64,000 nucleotides of DNA from the human T2T-CHM13v2.0 reference genome, Homo sapiens. The notes beneath the pieces are model-generated. The model ran no database searches. It had not been told where the DNA came from and worked only from the letters and a program-made list of their open reading frames with translations. The number at the start of each line of letters is the position of its first letter. Position 1 is the stretch's first letter. The stretch lies in assembly GCF_009914755.1 (NCBI RefSeq), contig NC_060927.1. One strand, 5' to 3'. Made by a program: the position numbers and the translations under genes. Shown here piece by piece: positions 50,031-62,842 of this stretch.

Positions 50031-50942
50031 CCGATAGAGTCTAGAAGCTCTAGAAGTTAGCTAAGTGCCATCACCGGGGCTGCAGCTCTCTGAAAAGGCT
50101 GGGTCACAACACAACAGGGACCACAGGAGGGAACCCAGACCTGCTGCAAACACATTGGGACTCAGAGAGTTCCCATTCCACTCTGCCGCCCCTACCACGT
50201 TTAACCTTCCCATCAGCTTCTTGGTGAGGCCTCCACCAAGCCTTTATCTCAGATGCTTTTCATCGCCCCTGTTCTCACCATAGTGAAGGTGGAGTCCAGT
50301 ACACACCTTCTCCCCAAATTTCTTATTTCTAGATCTTTGTCAACTTCTCTATTTTATCCATGAACCTCCGTAATAATATCAACATAATAACTAAACCTTA
50401 AAAGCAGAGTTCCCATGGAGACTGCATTTGGTGTCTAATTGGAGTCTTAGCTGGGCTCATCCAGAGACTGCTTAAAGTCCATCAAGTCAGTGGAAAAAAA
50501 GAAGCTGAACAGACTCATTAACCTCTCAAAATAGGACATTTCAATATGAATAGACTTAGTGTCATTAGTCTATGAAAAAGCTCAAGAACTCACATATAAA
50601 TCTCTTCAGATCTGAAAATTGTGCGTATTACAGTACAATATAGCAGAAATATCACAAATCAGCATGTACTACAATTGTATGCTTTTGTCTTAAGTACACA
50701 TGAAACCTAACCTGCCTATCAGATATTTTGCAACAAACTCTGAAAAGCCTACCCACCTCCCTGATGGAACAATCTTCAAGTAAATGCAGCTGCAGCTCTT
50801 GAAAATGCTTGGCTGTCCCAGGGAAGAACCCAGATGGACCTCTTGGAGCAACATTCAGTTTGGTAAATGTTTAAGTTCCTATGATGTGCAAAGCTTTGTG
50901 GTTGGTGCTCTAGGAATTTTTTTTTTTTTTTAAGTAAGTTCC

Positions 50943-51319
<377 letters not shown>

Positions 51320-51403
51320 TTAGAAGGAGGCACACCTGGGTTCAAATTCTGGCTCTGTCATGTACTAATTTTATGACCTTGTTCAAACTACTCTATGCAT
51401 TGG

Positions 51404-51713
51404 TTTATTATTTATTTATTTATTATTTTTTGAGACGGAGTCTCACTCTGCCACCTGGGGTAGAGTGCAGTGGCGTGATCTCGGCTGGCTGAAACCTCTG
51501 CCTCGTGAGCTCAAGCAATTCTCCTGCGTTAGTCTCCCGAGTAGCTGGGATTACAGGTGCACGCAACCATGCCCAGCTAATTTTTGCATTTTTATTAGAG
51601 ACAGGGTTTCGCCATGTTGGCCAGGCTGCTCTCAAACTCCTGACCTCAAGTGATCTACCCACCTCAGCCTCCCAAAATGCTGGGATTACAGGTGTGAGCC
51701 ACCTCCCCCAGCC
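51404..51713 (-). mobile_element. AluS (Sz-like)
   Basis: Antisense, full length, (TTTA)n tail. Confidence 0.95.
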
Positions 51714-52150
51714 AGGTTTATTTATTTCTAACTCTTAGCAGAGTTGATAACACCTGGTGAGTTCTTGTTAATTAGTTGCTGTAATTAGTATTATTGTTGT
51801 CTTGTAATTAGTATCATCAAAATTACTAGCCCTACTTCCTTGTAGCTCAAAGAATAATGACAGAATAGGATTGAAAGTTGTGATGGGTTACTGTGAAGAA
51901 GGTGAAAAACTGGTGCAGGATTATATCAGATATATATATATCAGCTGTTGGGTTCACAACACCAAATTAACACAAAATAAAAAAGTCCTTCCTAAGGTAT
52001 ACTGAAGAATCCATGAACTTCAGTGATTGCCTCAAGTAGACATCCATTGTTTTGTCTATCCAAACTAGTACTCTCTCTCTTGCTCTTTCTCTTCTATCTT
52101 CTATTTTAACCAAGTGGCTTGATTGGGGGCTGCCTGGACAACAGAGTGAA

Positions 52151-52466
52151 TATATATATATATTTCAGATATATGTATATATTTTGAGACAAGGTCTCGC
52201 TCTGTTGCCCAGGCTGGAGCGCGGTGGTGCAATCTCAGCTCACTGTAGCCTCAACCTCCCAGACTTGTGATTCTCCCACCTCAGCCTCCCAAGTAGCTGG
52301 GATCACAGGCACAAGCCACCATGCCTGGCTAATTTTTTTAACTTTTTGTAGAGATGACCTCTCACTATGTTGCCCAGGCTGCTCTCGAACTCCTGCGCTC
52401 AAGCATTCCTCCCGCTTCGAACTCCCAAAGTGCTAGGATTACAGGCATGTGCCACTGTGCCCAGCC
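52151..52466 (-). mobile_element. AluJ with (AT)n-converted tail
   Basis: CTCACTGTAGCCTCAACCTCCC..CTCACTATGTTGCCCAGGCT. Confidence 0.93.
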
Positions 52467-52567
52467 GGGAGCTGCCATATTGAGAAATGATTCAACTTCC
52501 CTGACCAGAGTGATTGTTGTGAGTTGGGCATCAGGCCCAATCTGAGCCAATAAGATGACCTGTGGGA

Positions 52568-52875
52568 TTTTGTTTTGTTTTGTTTTGCTTTTTGAGATGG
52601 AGTCTCACTGTGTCGCCCAGGCTGGAGTGGAGTGGCACCATCTCTGCTCATTGAAACCTCCACCTCCTGGGTTCAAGCAATTCTCCTGCCTCAGCAACTT
52701 GAGTAGCTGGGACTACAGGCACGCACCACAACACCCAGCTAATTTTTTGTATTTTAGTAGAGACTGTGTTTCACCGTGTTGCCCAGGCTGGTCTCAAACT
52801 CCTGAGCTCAGGCAATCTGCCCGCCTTGGCCTCCCAGAGTGCTAGGATTACAGGTGTAAGACACCGTGCCTAGCC
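52568..52875 (-). mobile_element. AluS
   Basis: Full length; TSD ACCTGTGGGATTTT. Confidence 0.95.
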
Positions 52876-53183
52876 AACCTGTGGGATTTTTGGCATTGGA
52901 GAGAGATAGTTGGAGCTTGTCTCTAGACATACAGTTGAAGGATAAGCCAACAGCCCACTTGCATATATGACGGGCAGTAGGAACTGCAGAAAGACAGATT
53001 GCAGAGGTAGAGAGAGATCAGGCAGGACTCACATCAGACTTCTCTAGCTATCTGCTAAGGCAGTAGGATGTGTATGAAATCAATTATGGGTCTGAAGACA
53101 AAAAAGAAAAAGAGAATTTCCATAGATCCATGATTATAGTTAACCTATGTGAATATGATCAACTTAATTCTAGTGCACAAAGT

Positions 53184-53219
53184 CTGTACTTGATCTTAGC
53201 CAAAAGGCTGAGAAGCAAT
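53184..53219 (-). pseudogene. U2 snRNA 3'-truncated, tailless retropseudogene (nt 1-36)
   Basis: Reverse complement ATTGCTTCTCAGCCTTTTGGCTAAGATCAAGTACAG vs U2 ATCGCTTCTCGGCCTTTTGGCTAAGATCAAGTGTAG; exact 13-bp TSD GTGCACAAAGTCT. Confidence 0.93.
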
Positions 53220-55679
53220 GTGCACAAAGTCTTTAAAAAAATAAAAGAGAAAGAGAGGGAAGTTTCTCATGTGTACTATGCCTCTCTGTCAACTTCCCTT
53301 TCTGTTCTCTCAATCCCTCTTCCCCTTTACTCCTCTAAGTCTTTCTTTCAAAGTCCCCAGTCTACAGCCCCACAATTCCAGGAGCCTCAAGCAATTCCAC
53401 TCCTGTCATTGAGCTCAGAATTTCTATATGGTAGGAATTAGAAGGTAGCAGCCTTTATGGCAGGTGGGGGAACAGGAGTGAGGGCTACATGCTTGTTTCA
53501 CAAGTGTGGAGTTAGGAGCTTTTTTTGGTGTGGCCTAGACTGGTGTTGATTACCTCCAGACATTGCCTCTTTCCCTTGGTGCTGCCACAGATGCATGCCA
53601 AAGGGGAAAAGGGCTTTGCTTCTCTCAGCCTCTTGTATTTTGTAAATGTGGGCACCTTGGGATTTGCCTAGAAATTAATCGATGTCCTCTGGCCCCTTTG
53701 GTAAGGATGATGGCGGATACTCTGATTCCATTCTAATCTCCCAACCCATGAGAGCTGCAGAGGATTTTCTTACAAGTTATCCATGAAGCAAGCAACCTTA
53801 CTGAGGCAAGCGTTGACCTCATTCCCCACAGAGGCAAGTCCAGTCTCAATATGAGGACAGTCTCTTCCTGTCATGAGCATGACTGTCATATCCTTGGTAT
53901 AATTGTGCCAAGGAACATTTGACTTTCTCTGCCCCTACAAGAGTTGCCAAAGTGACTGCAAATGGCCTCTGTGTCAGCCACCTGCGTGGGTAGTACCAGC
54001 ATGGATTAGCATTCTCTTAATTCCAGTTCATTCTGACACAGTAGCTGATGCAGAGGAGATGCACAATATACACACCTACCCCCTTCAACACTCTTCTTAC
54101 TTATGATGATGTTGCACTGGTCCCATCAAATAACTATTTTCCTCATCATCTCTTTCTCTCATCATTTTCCGCCTTCCCTCTTTTTTTGCTTCTGACATCG
54201 CCTTTGTTGTTTCACCTCTTCTTTGTGGTCTTTATATAGCCTTTGTAATTATGAAATGTATGAGCTTTTTGGTGATAAATTCTTGAGAAATTCTTACTGG
54301 AGAAGAACAAGAAATTTAAAGTCTCCCCTCCTCATCTCACCAAGGAGCCGGGGTGCTGTTTACATCAGTAGAGTTGCAATCAGAAAGTACTAAACAGCCC
54401 ATATTAACGCTCCAAACAGCTTCTGTGTGGGTGAGCAAGGCAATTAAAAGCTAGACATGCTCAAGTCTTTAATCGGATGTCTAGGTGATAAAAATGCTGT
54501 CAACACATCTAAGGAAGATTATGCAAGCTTTTGTTGAAACAACACAGTTCTTATGTCTGCAAAGGAAACTCATCTTTTCATCAAGTCTAGTGTCAAACAG
54601 GAGAGGACTATTAATGGAAGCAGGCAGGGGAATGGGGAGAAAGCAAAGACAGCAGGTGGCTTTGTGTTTAAAGGACAGCCAAGGAGATGCCCACTTAAAC
54701 TGAGATTTTGCTATAGAACTTTAAAAAACCAATCTCTAAATTTCTAGGTGGAAAAAGAGTTGCTTTAGGATGTCTCCAAAGGCTTCCTTCAAATGTTTGA
54801 AGGATCCTTCAACGCTATCAGCCTGCAGCTTGGAATCACTCATTGTCATTGCCATTAAATTTTTGTTGAGCCTCTTTATATGTACAGGAATGTTGTTATG
54901 AGATTTATGTATACCATCTCACTCTTCACAATAGTGGGCACTATAATGTTCATTTGTAGATGTCAAGATTGGGTCTTCCAAAAGTTATGAAGCATGACTA
55001 AAGTTATACAGTTTCCAGAGGCAGGATTCAAATCCAGGACTAAGAACTAACTTCCAAGCTCTTTGAGTTCCTACTCTACATATTTGATGTCTAGTCTCCC
55101 AGAAGGCACTTTGGAGAACCCACCATGACCCCTGCTGAATGGGGTTCAGGTGCAGACACCAACATCCTTTCTCAGAGGACTGGCTCCTGTTCCTCCTGAA
55201 GCAGTCAGGCTGAAGAGGCTGGATTTATGAAGAGTGAGGGTAGGAATTCTCCCACCTATAAGTGTCACTCTTGCCATCAGGCTATAAAGCAGATTTGCTA
55301 GTCCCTAGAGCCTTAGAAAGTATTTTGTAAAATCAACAACTTCAGCTTCTGCATCTGTCATTTCAGTCAGGATCCAGACTGGTCCAAGGAGATGAACAGA
55401 AAGCAAACCCCATTCTGTGCACTTTCTTGAACTCATCTCTCTACTCCTTACCTCACTTCTCCTCATCCCCAGGTACTAGTACCTCCTCCCTCCTCAATTA
55501 GCCATCGGAGAAGAGCTTCACATATATCAGCTCATTCAAATGGATGCCTTGAGTACCTTGAAACATATCTTTGTCCTTAGCTAGGATGCCCCTGACACAC
55601 AGGCGCATGGACACACAGAATCCCCCTGCCTCCAACACACACAAGGGCAAAGATACATATTTGCTTCTGTGTTTTGCAA

Positions 55680-56410
55680 AAATGATATCATGCCATATAT
55701 ACAGTTTTATATTCCTTTTCACTAAACATTGCATTGTGAACATTTTCCCATATTACTAAATACTCCTTAAAAACATGGGTTGTTTTTTAACTAACTGTGT
55801 GACTTTTTAATGGATGAATTAGCATTATTTATTTAACTATGTCTTTATGGCTACACACTTAGTACTTTCTAATATTTTGCTCTTATTACAGTGGACGTCC
55901 TCTGGCTACTTTATATAGGATCAGATTCTCAGCAGAAACTTCTGCATGTAAGGATATAACCATTTTAGAGTATTTTGATAAATATTGCCAAATTCCTTTC
56001 CAGAATGGTTGTACCAATTTGTAGTTTGAACAGAAATAAGAGTCCAGCTCACTACATCATTACTGGCATGATATTGACTTTGAAAGAATCTTTTCCATTT
56101 TGTAGGCAAAAGTGGTATCTTGGTGGTGTTTTAATTTGTATTTCCTAATTTTTGAGATTGGATATATTTTCATAATGTTTATTATCATTTGCACATATTC
56201 TTTTGTGTCTTGCTTATTCATGACTTTCATTTTTTTATTTTACTTTTGCACTGTTAATGTTTTCTTACTGATTTTTTAAAAGTCCCCTATATATTAAACA
56301 CGTTATGTATTTATATATCATGTTTGTTCAAATAACTTTATCCCACCTTGTCACTTACCTTTTAATTTTGTTTTAATTTTGACATATAAAAGTCAAAAAT
56401 GTTTACATAG
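55680..56410 (-). mobile_element. L1ME 3' region
   Basis: ATATTGCCAAATTCCTTTCCAGAATGGTTGTACCAATTT; GTGGTATCT..GTTTTAATTTGTATTTCC. Confidence 0.8.
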
Positions 56411-56435
56411 CCAAACATATACTGCAGGTAGTGAC

Positions 56436-56996
56436 TGTATTAGTCAGGATTCTCTAGAGGGACAGAACTAATAAAATATATATATGAGATACATATATGA
56501 GATATATATATGAGATATATATGAGATACATATATGAGATATATATGAGATATATATATATAGGAGATATATATATAGGAGATACATATATAGGAGATAT
56601 ATATATATATATATGGGAGTTTATTAAGTATTAACTTAATACATGATCATAAGGTCCCACAGTAGGCTGTCTGGAAGCTTGAGGAGCAAGGAGAGCCAGT
56701 CCGAGTCTCAAAACTGAAGAACTTGGAGTCCGATGTTCAAAGGCAGGAAGCATCCAGTATAGGAGAAAGAGGTAGGCTGGGAGGCTAGGCCAGTCTCACC
56801 TTTCATGTTTTTCTGCCTGCTTTATATTCACTGGCAGCTGGATTAGACTGTGCTCACCAGATTAAGGGTGGGTCTGCCTTTCCCAGCCCACTGACTCAAA
56901 TGTTAATCTCCTTTGACAACACCCTCACAGACACACCCAGGATTAAGTTTGTATCCTTCAATCCAAACAAGTTGACATTCAGTATTAACCATCACA
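56436..56996 (-). mobile_element. MLT2A1 (HERV-L) solo LTR
   Basis: TGTATTAGTCAGG.TTCTCTAGAGGGACAGAACTAATA; GAGGAGCAAGGAGAGCCAGTCCGAGTC..AACTGAAGAACTTGGAGTCCGATG; TSD GTGAC/GTAAC. Confidence 0.92.
56477..56613. repeat. AT-rich compound repeat of (AT)n + GAG/GGAG units inside MLT2A1
   Basis: Repeats of ATATATATGAGAT grading into ATATATAGGAGAT. Confidence 0.9.
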
Positions 56997-58175
56997 GTAA
57001 CCATCAACAGATATTATTTTCCACATCTCTATGCTGTGGAAAGCCTATATAGAGTGGATGGTGGCAACTGTGTATTTCCCACTTCCTCACCCCCAACTCC
57101 TGCTATGTAGGGAGGATATGAGTGGGGAAGCTGGTGAAGGCCACATTCCCCCATTCACCACATAGCTGTGTTGCAGGACAGCTACTTTAGTGGGCCCAGC
57201 AGCCAGCTGGCAACTCTCACACACCCCAGCTTCCTAGGACAGAGACCTATTCTGAATAGATTAGGTAGCCAGTGGACACTAGCAGATCCCAACTGCCCCG
57301 GCTCTGGGCTGCAGAAGATCCATACTGAGTGGTGGCAGCAGCTGAGTGCCGGCATCAGTTCCTGCCCCCACCCCCAATTCCTGCACCATACAGGAGACCT
57401 GAGTAAGACATCTGGTAAAGAATAAGTTCTCCAACTCTCATCCCACCCTCAGCTCTATAGAGCAGAGATTCTTTCCAGTGGAGGGTTGAGGCAGGTCTCA
57501 AAGACTGGCAACATTCTGCCCTACTAAGGGATTTGACTTCAACTGGATCAGACTGCAGAATGATTTACATCCTAGAGCATCCTTAAAAGCAATAGAGCAA
57601 TCAGACAGCAATTTGTAGAGGTGAACAACTGGATATGATCTCAATAGATACAGACCAATCTTAAGTTGAATGGAGTGGTCAGAGAAACAGACAATCAAAG
57701 AGAATCCAGCTAAAACCAGAGTCATTTCTGGTGATTGAGAAGATTAAGTGCATGCCCAAGGCAGTGCCCTTTAAAGGGCAATATCAGAGACTGCGCACTG
57801 TGGAGGAAGTAGACTTCACTGAACCAGTGCAGCCAAGTCACTAAGCAAATAAATAAGCAAACAACAACAAGCCCTGAGGGAGAGAGGGAAATCAGTATCC
57901 AGAGTTGTCATCTTTCCTAGAAGGAACAGTTCTAAACAAATAATTATTACACATTCAAAGAAGCAGGAAAATGTGACTTATACACAGGGGGTTAAAATCA
58001 GGCACTCGAAATGCCTTTGAGGGGGCCCAGATATTGGACTTAGCAGCCAAATACTTTAAAGCAGCTATTAAGAATATATTCAAAGACCTAAAGAAAACCA
58101 TGTTTAACGAATGAAAGGAAGGTATAATGACAATGTCTCCTCAAATACAGACTATCAATGAAAAGATAGAAATGA

Positions 58176-58470
<295 letters not shown>

Positions 58471-59568
58471 TAGAAATAATTTTTTAAAGGAACCAAATAA
58501 AAACTTTAGATTGAAAGTGCAATAACCTAAATGAAAAATTCACTAGCAGAAATCAACAATAGAGTTGAGCTGGCAGAAGAATGAATCAGTGAACTTGAAT
58601 ATAGATTGATAGAGATTATACAATATAAAAAGAGAGAATAAGAATAAATAAAAATGAACAGAGCCTCAGGAAAACGTGAGACACTATTAAGTCCACCAAC
58701 ATATGTGTAATAGAAATACTAGATGGAGAGGGAAAAAAAGAAAAAAACTTATTTGAAAAAATAATGGCTGAAACCTTCCCAAATTTGATGAAAAACATCC
58801 AAGAAACTCAACAAACTCCAAGTGGAGTATACACAAGGAAATCTACATCATAGTCAAATGTTGAAAAAGACAAAGAGAAAATCTTGAATGCCGCAAGAGA
58901 AAATAACTCATGTGCATAAGGTAACTCCAATAAGATTATTATCTGCTTTCTAGTCAGAAACAAGAGGCTAAAGGCAGTAGAATGACATGCTCAAAATGCT
59001 AAAACAAAGCAAAACAAAACTGCTAACCAAGAATTGCATACCCAGCAAAACTATCTTTACAAAAATGAAGGAGAAAAAAAGGCAAAATAAAAATATTCCC
59101 AGGTAAACAAAAACTGAGAGAATTTGTTGCTGCTAGCAGACCTACCTTACAAGCAATATTATAGGTAGTTCTTCAGGCTGAAAGCAAGTGATGCTAGGTC
59201 ATAATTAAAATTTACACACAGAGAAAAGAGTGCTGGTAAAGGTAATTATGTGAGTAATTTCCTATTTCATTTAAAAGAGAGTATACTTTCATTTTCCCCT
59301 TATTTTTATATTCTATAAAACAAAATATTTACATAATTGCATTGTTGGGTCTATTACATATAGAAATACAATATATTTGACAATAACAGCACAAAGGAAG
59401 CAGGTGGAGGATGAAGCTATATTAGAATAAGGAAATGATACTAGATGGTAACTCAATTACACAGGAAGAAATTAGGAGAATCAGAAATGGTAAATAAGAA
59501 GATTAATATAACAAACTCTACAAAGATATATTTGTTGTCCTCTCAGCTCGTTTAAAAGACAGAAAACT

Positions 59569-59993
<425 letters not shown>

Positions 59994-60465
59994 GCAAGGT
60001 ATTATAGAGTAACATACATATATAGATATATTTGTATAACTTTGGTAATATATAAAAGGGTAGGGAGGAAATAGAGCTATGTAGGACTAGAGTTTATACA
60101 TATCATTCAAATTAAGTTAATAAATATGAAGTAGATTCTAATAAGCTGAGTTATATAAGCCATACAGCAACTAATAAGGAAATAACTTGTTAAAAATCAT
60201 TAAAGGAATTCAAATGTTACACTAGAAATGATTCACTTAATGCAAAAGAAGGCACTAAAAGAGGAACAGAGGAACAAAAATAGCATGCAACATATGGGAA
60301 AAAAAGGTCAAAATTGCAGAAATAAATATAACATATTAATAATAACAATAAATGTGAATAGATCAAGCATTACAATCAAAAGTCAGAGATTGTCAGACTG
60401 CATTTTTTAAAATCCACCTATATGTTCTCTACAGGAAACACACCTTAGATTCAAAGATATAAATT

Positions 60466-60801
60466 CAGTCATGCATCACTTAATGACAGGGATACATTCT
60501 AAGAAATGCATCATTAGACCATTTTGTTGTTGTACAAACCTCATAAAGAATACTCACACAAATCTAGATGGTATAGCCTACTACATACCTAGGTATACAG
60601 CATAGCCTAGTGCTCCTAGGCTAAACCTGTTCAGCATGTTAACTACATGGAAAACTGTAGGCAACTGTAATACAATGGTAAGTATTTGTATATCTAAACA
60701 TAGAAAAAGGCATAGTAAAAATATTGTATTATAATCTTATGAGACCACCATCATATATGCAGTCCATTGTTGACCAGACATTATCATACAGTTCATGACT
60801 G
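60466..60801 (+). mobile_element. Tigger3a/MER7A DNA transposon inside the L1 endonuclease
   Basis: CAGTCATG...CATGACTG terminal inverted repeats followed by TA; CTAGATGGTATAGCCTACTACA.ACCTAGG. Confidence 0.9.
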
Positions 60802-61524
60802 TAGATTGAAAGTAAAAGAATGGAAAGAGATATGCCATACAAACAGCAGCCACAAGAGAGATGAAATATCTATAGAAATATCAGACAAAATAGACTTTAA
60901 AACAAAAATATTACTACAGTTAAACAGGAACATTTTATCATGATAAAAGGGCCAGCCCATTAGGAAGACATAACAATTATTAACATATATGCACCTAAAA
61001 GCAGAGTCCTAAAATACTTGAGGGAAAAACTAACAAAGTTGTTAAAGCATGACCTGCTCACGAGAAAGAAAAAAAAAAAAATGAAAAGAAAAAAAAACAA
61101 AACAGAATTGAAGGGAGAAATAAAACATTCAATAATATTTGAAAACCTCATTACCCCACTTGCAATAATGGATAAAACAACTAGGCAGAAGATCAACAAG
61201 GATACATAAGGTTTGAACAACACTATAAACAACTAGATCTAACAGACATCTATGGAACAATCCATCCAGAATATATATTGTTCTCAAGTACACATGGAAC
61301 ATTCCCCAGGATAGATCATGTGCTAACCTATAAAACAAATCTCAATACATGCAAAAAATAAAATAATACAAAGTGTATTCTCCAATTACAATGGAATCAA
61401 ATTAGAGGATCAATAACAGGAGGTCATTTGGAAAATTTACAAATTTATTTCTAACTAACAAGAGAACAAAGAAGAAATCACAAGGGAAATTAGAAAATAT
61501 TTTTTGTATTAGAAAATATAAAAC

Positions 61525-61855
<331 letters not shown>

Positions 61856-62209
61856 TTACGGAATACAGGTAAAGTAGTGCTTAGAGGGAAATTTACAGTC
61901 ACAAATGCCTATATTTAAAAAAGCAATCTGAAATCAATAGCTTAATCTTCCATGTTAGGAAATGAGAAAAAGAAGAGCAAACAAAACTCAAAGCAAGCAA
62001 AAACAAGAAAATAAAAACTAGAGTAGAAATAAATAAAATGGAGAACAGAAAAACAAAACTTATGTTTTAGAAATAATTAAATACTTTTAAAGAAAAAACT
62101 CTATGTATTAGTACCTTTAACAGAACTTGTCTCCCATGTGGACAAGGGCCTCCACATTTTCGTTTGCACTGGGATCTACACATTAGCCAGCCTTTGAAGC
62201 AGGAATTGG

Positions 62210-62720
62210 TCTAAAATGCAAGCCATACTTTGTCTTTTAACTGCTTAAAACCCTTTTCTTTTTCCTAACTCCCCATTGCCTTTATGTGGCTTTTCAGTAT
62301 TCCCCAAGATTCTCGCCAATCTCATTTTCTGCTCTTCTTTACATTACACCTTGTACTTCGAAATCATAGACCTCCTTGTCATTCCCTGGGCATCCCATGC
62401 TGCTTTTCATACCTCAGTGCCTTTTCACATACTGCTCTGTTGTGATGTGTCTTCCCCTCCTGCTCTGCTTTCTGCCCCACCTTTGACATTTGTAACCCCA
62501 CTCAGCCTTCATCTCTGCCCTGAAGCCTTGTCTAGAGCCCTAGTTAACTGACAGCTCTTTTGTGTTAATTCTGTACCGTTTACACACTTCTCGTTGCTTG
62601 TGTATGTTTTAACTGTCTAAATGCCAACGTCTCCCTGATTGAAGTTTCCTCTAAGATGGGAACCCTTTCTTACTTATTGCTATACTCCAGGGATCAGAGT
62701 AAATATTCACTGAACTGAAT
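62210..62720 (+). mobile_element. L2 3' region
   Basis: CTGCTTAAAACCCTT; CATACCTCAGTGCCTTTTCACATACTG; GTAAATATTCACTGAACTGAA end. Confidence 0.7.
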
Positions 62721-62842
62721 CATAAGGAGAATACAGCTCTTCCCCACCTGAACCAGTGAAAGCATTAAAGAAAATGTAGGTTAGTGTATTACAACCAGGC
62801 ATGGTGGCACACACACACATGAGCAGAGAGCTGGCCTCAGAT

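Noticed and set aside
54453-54462. p53 half-site AGACATGCTC
   Set aside because: There is no adjacent matching second half-site
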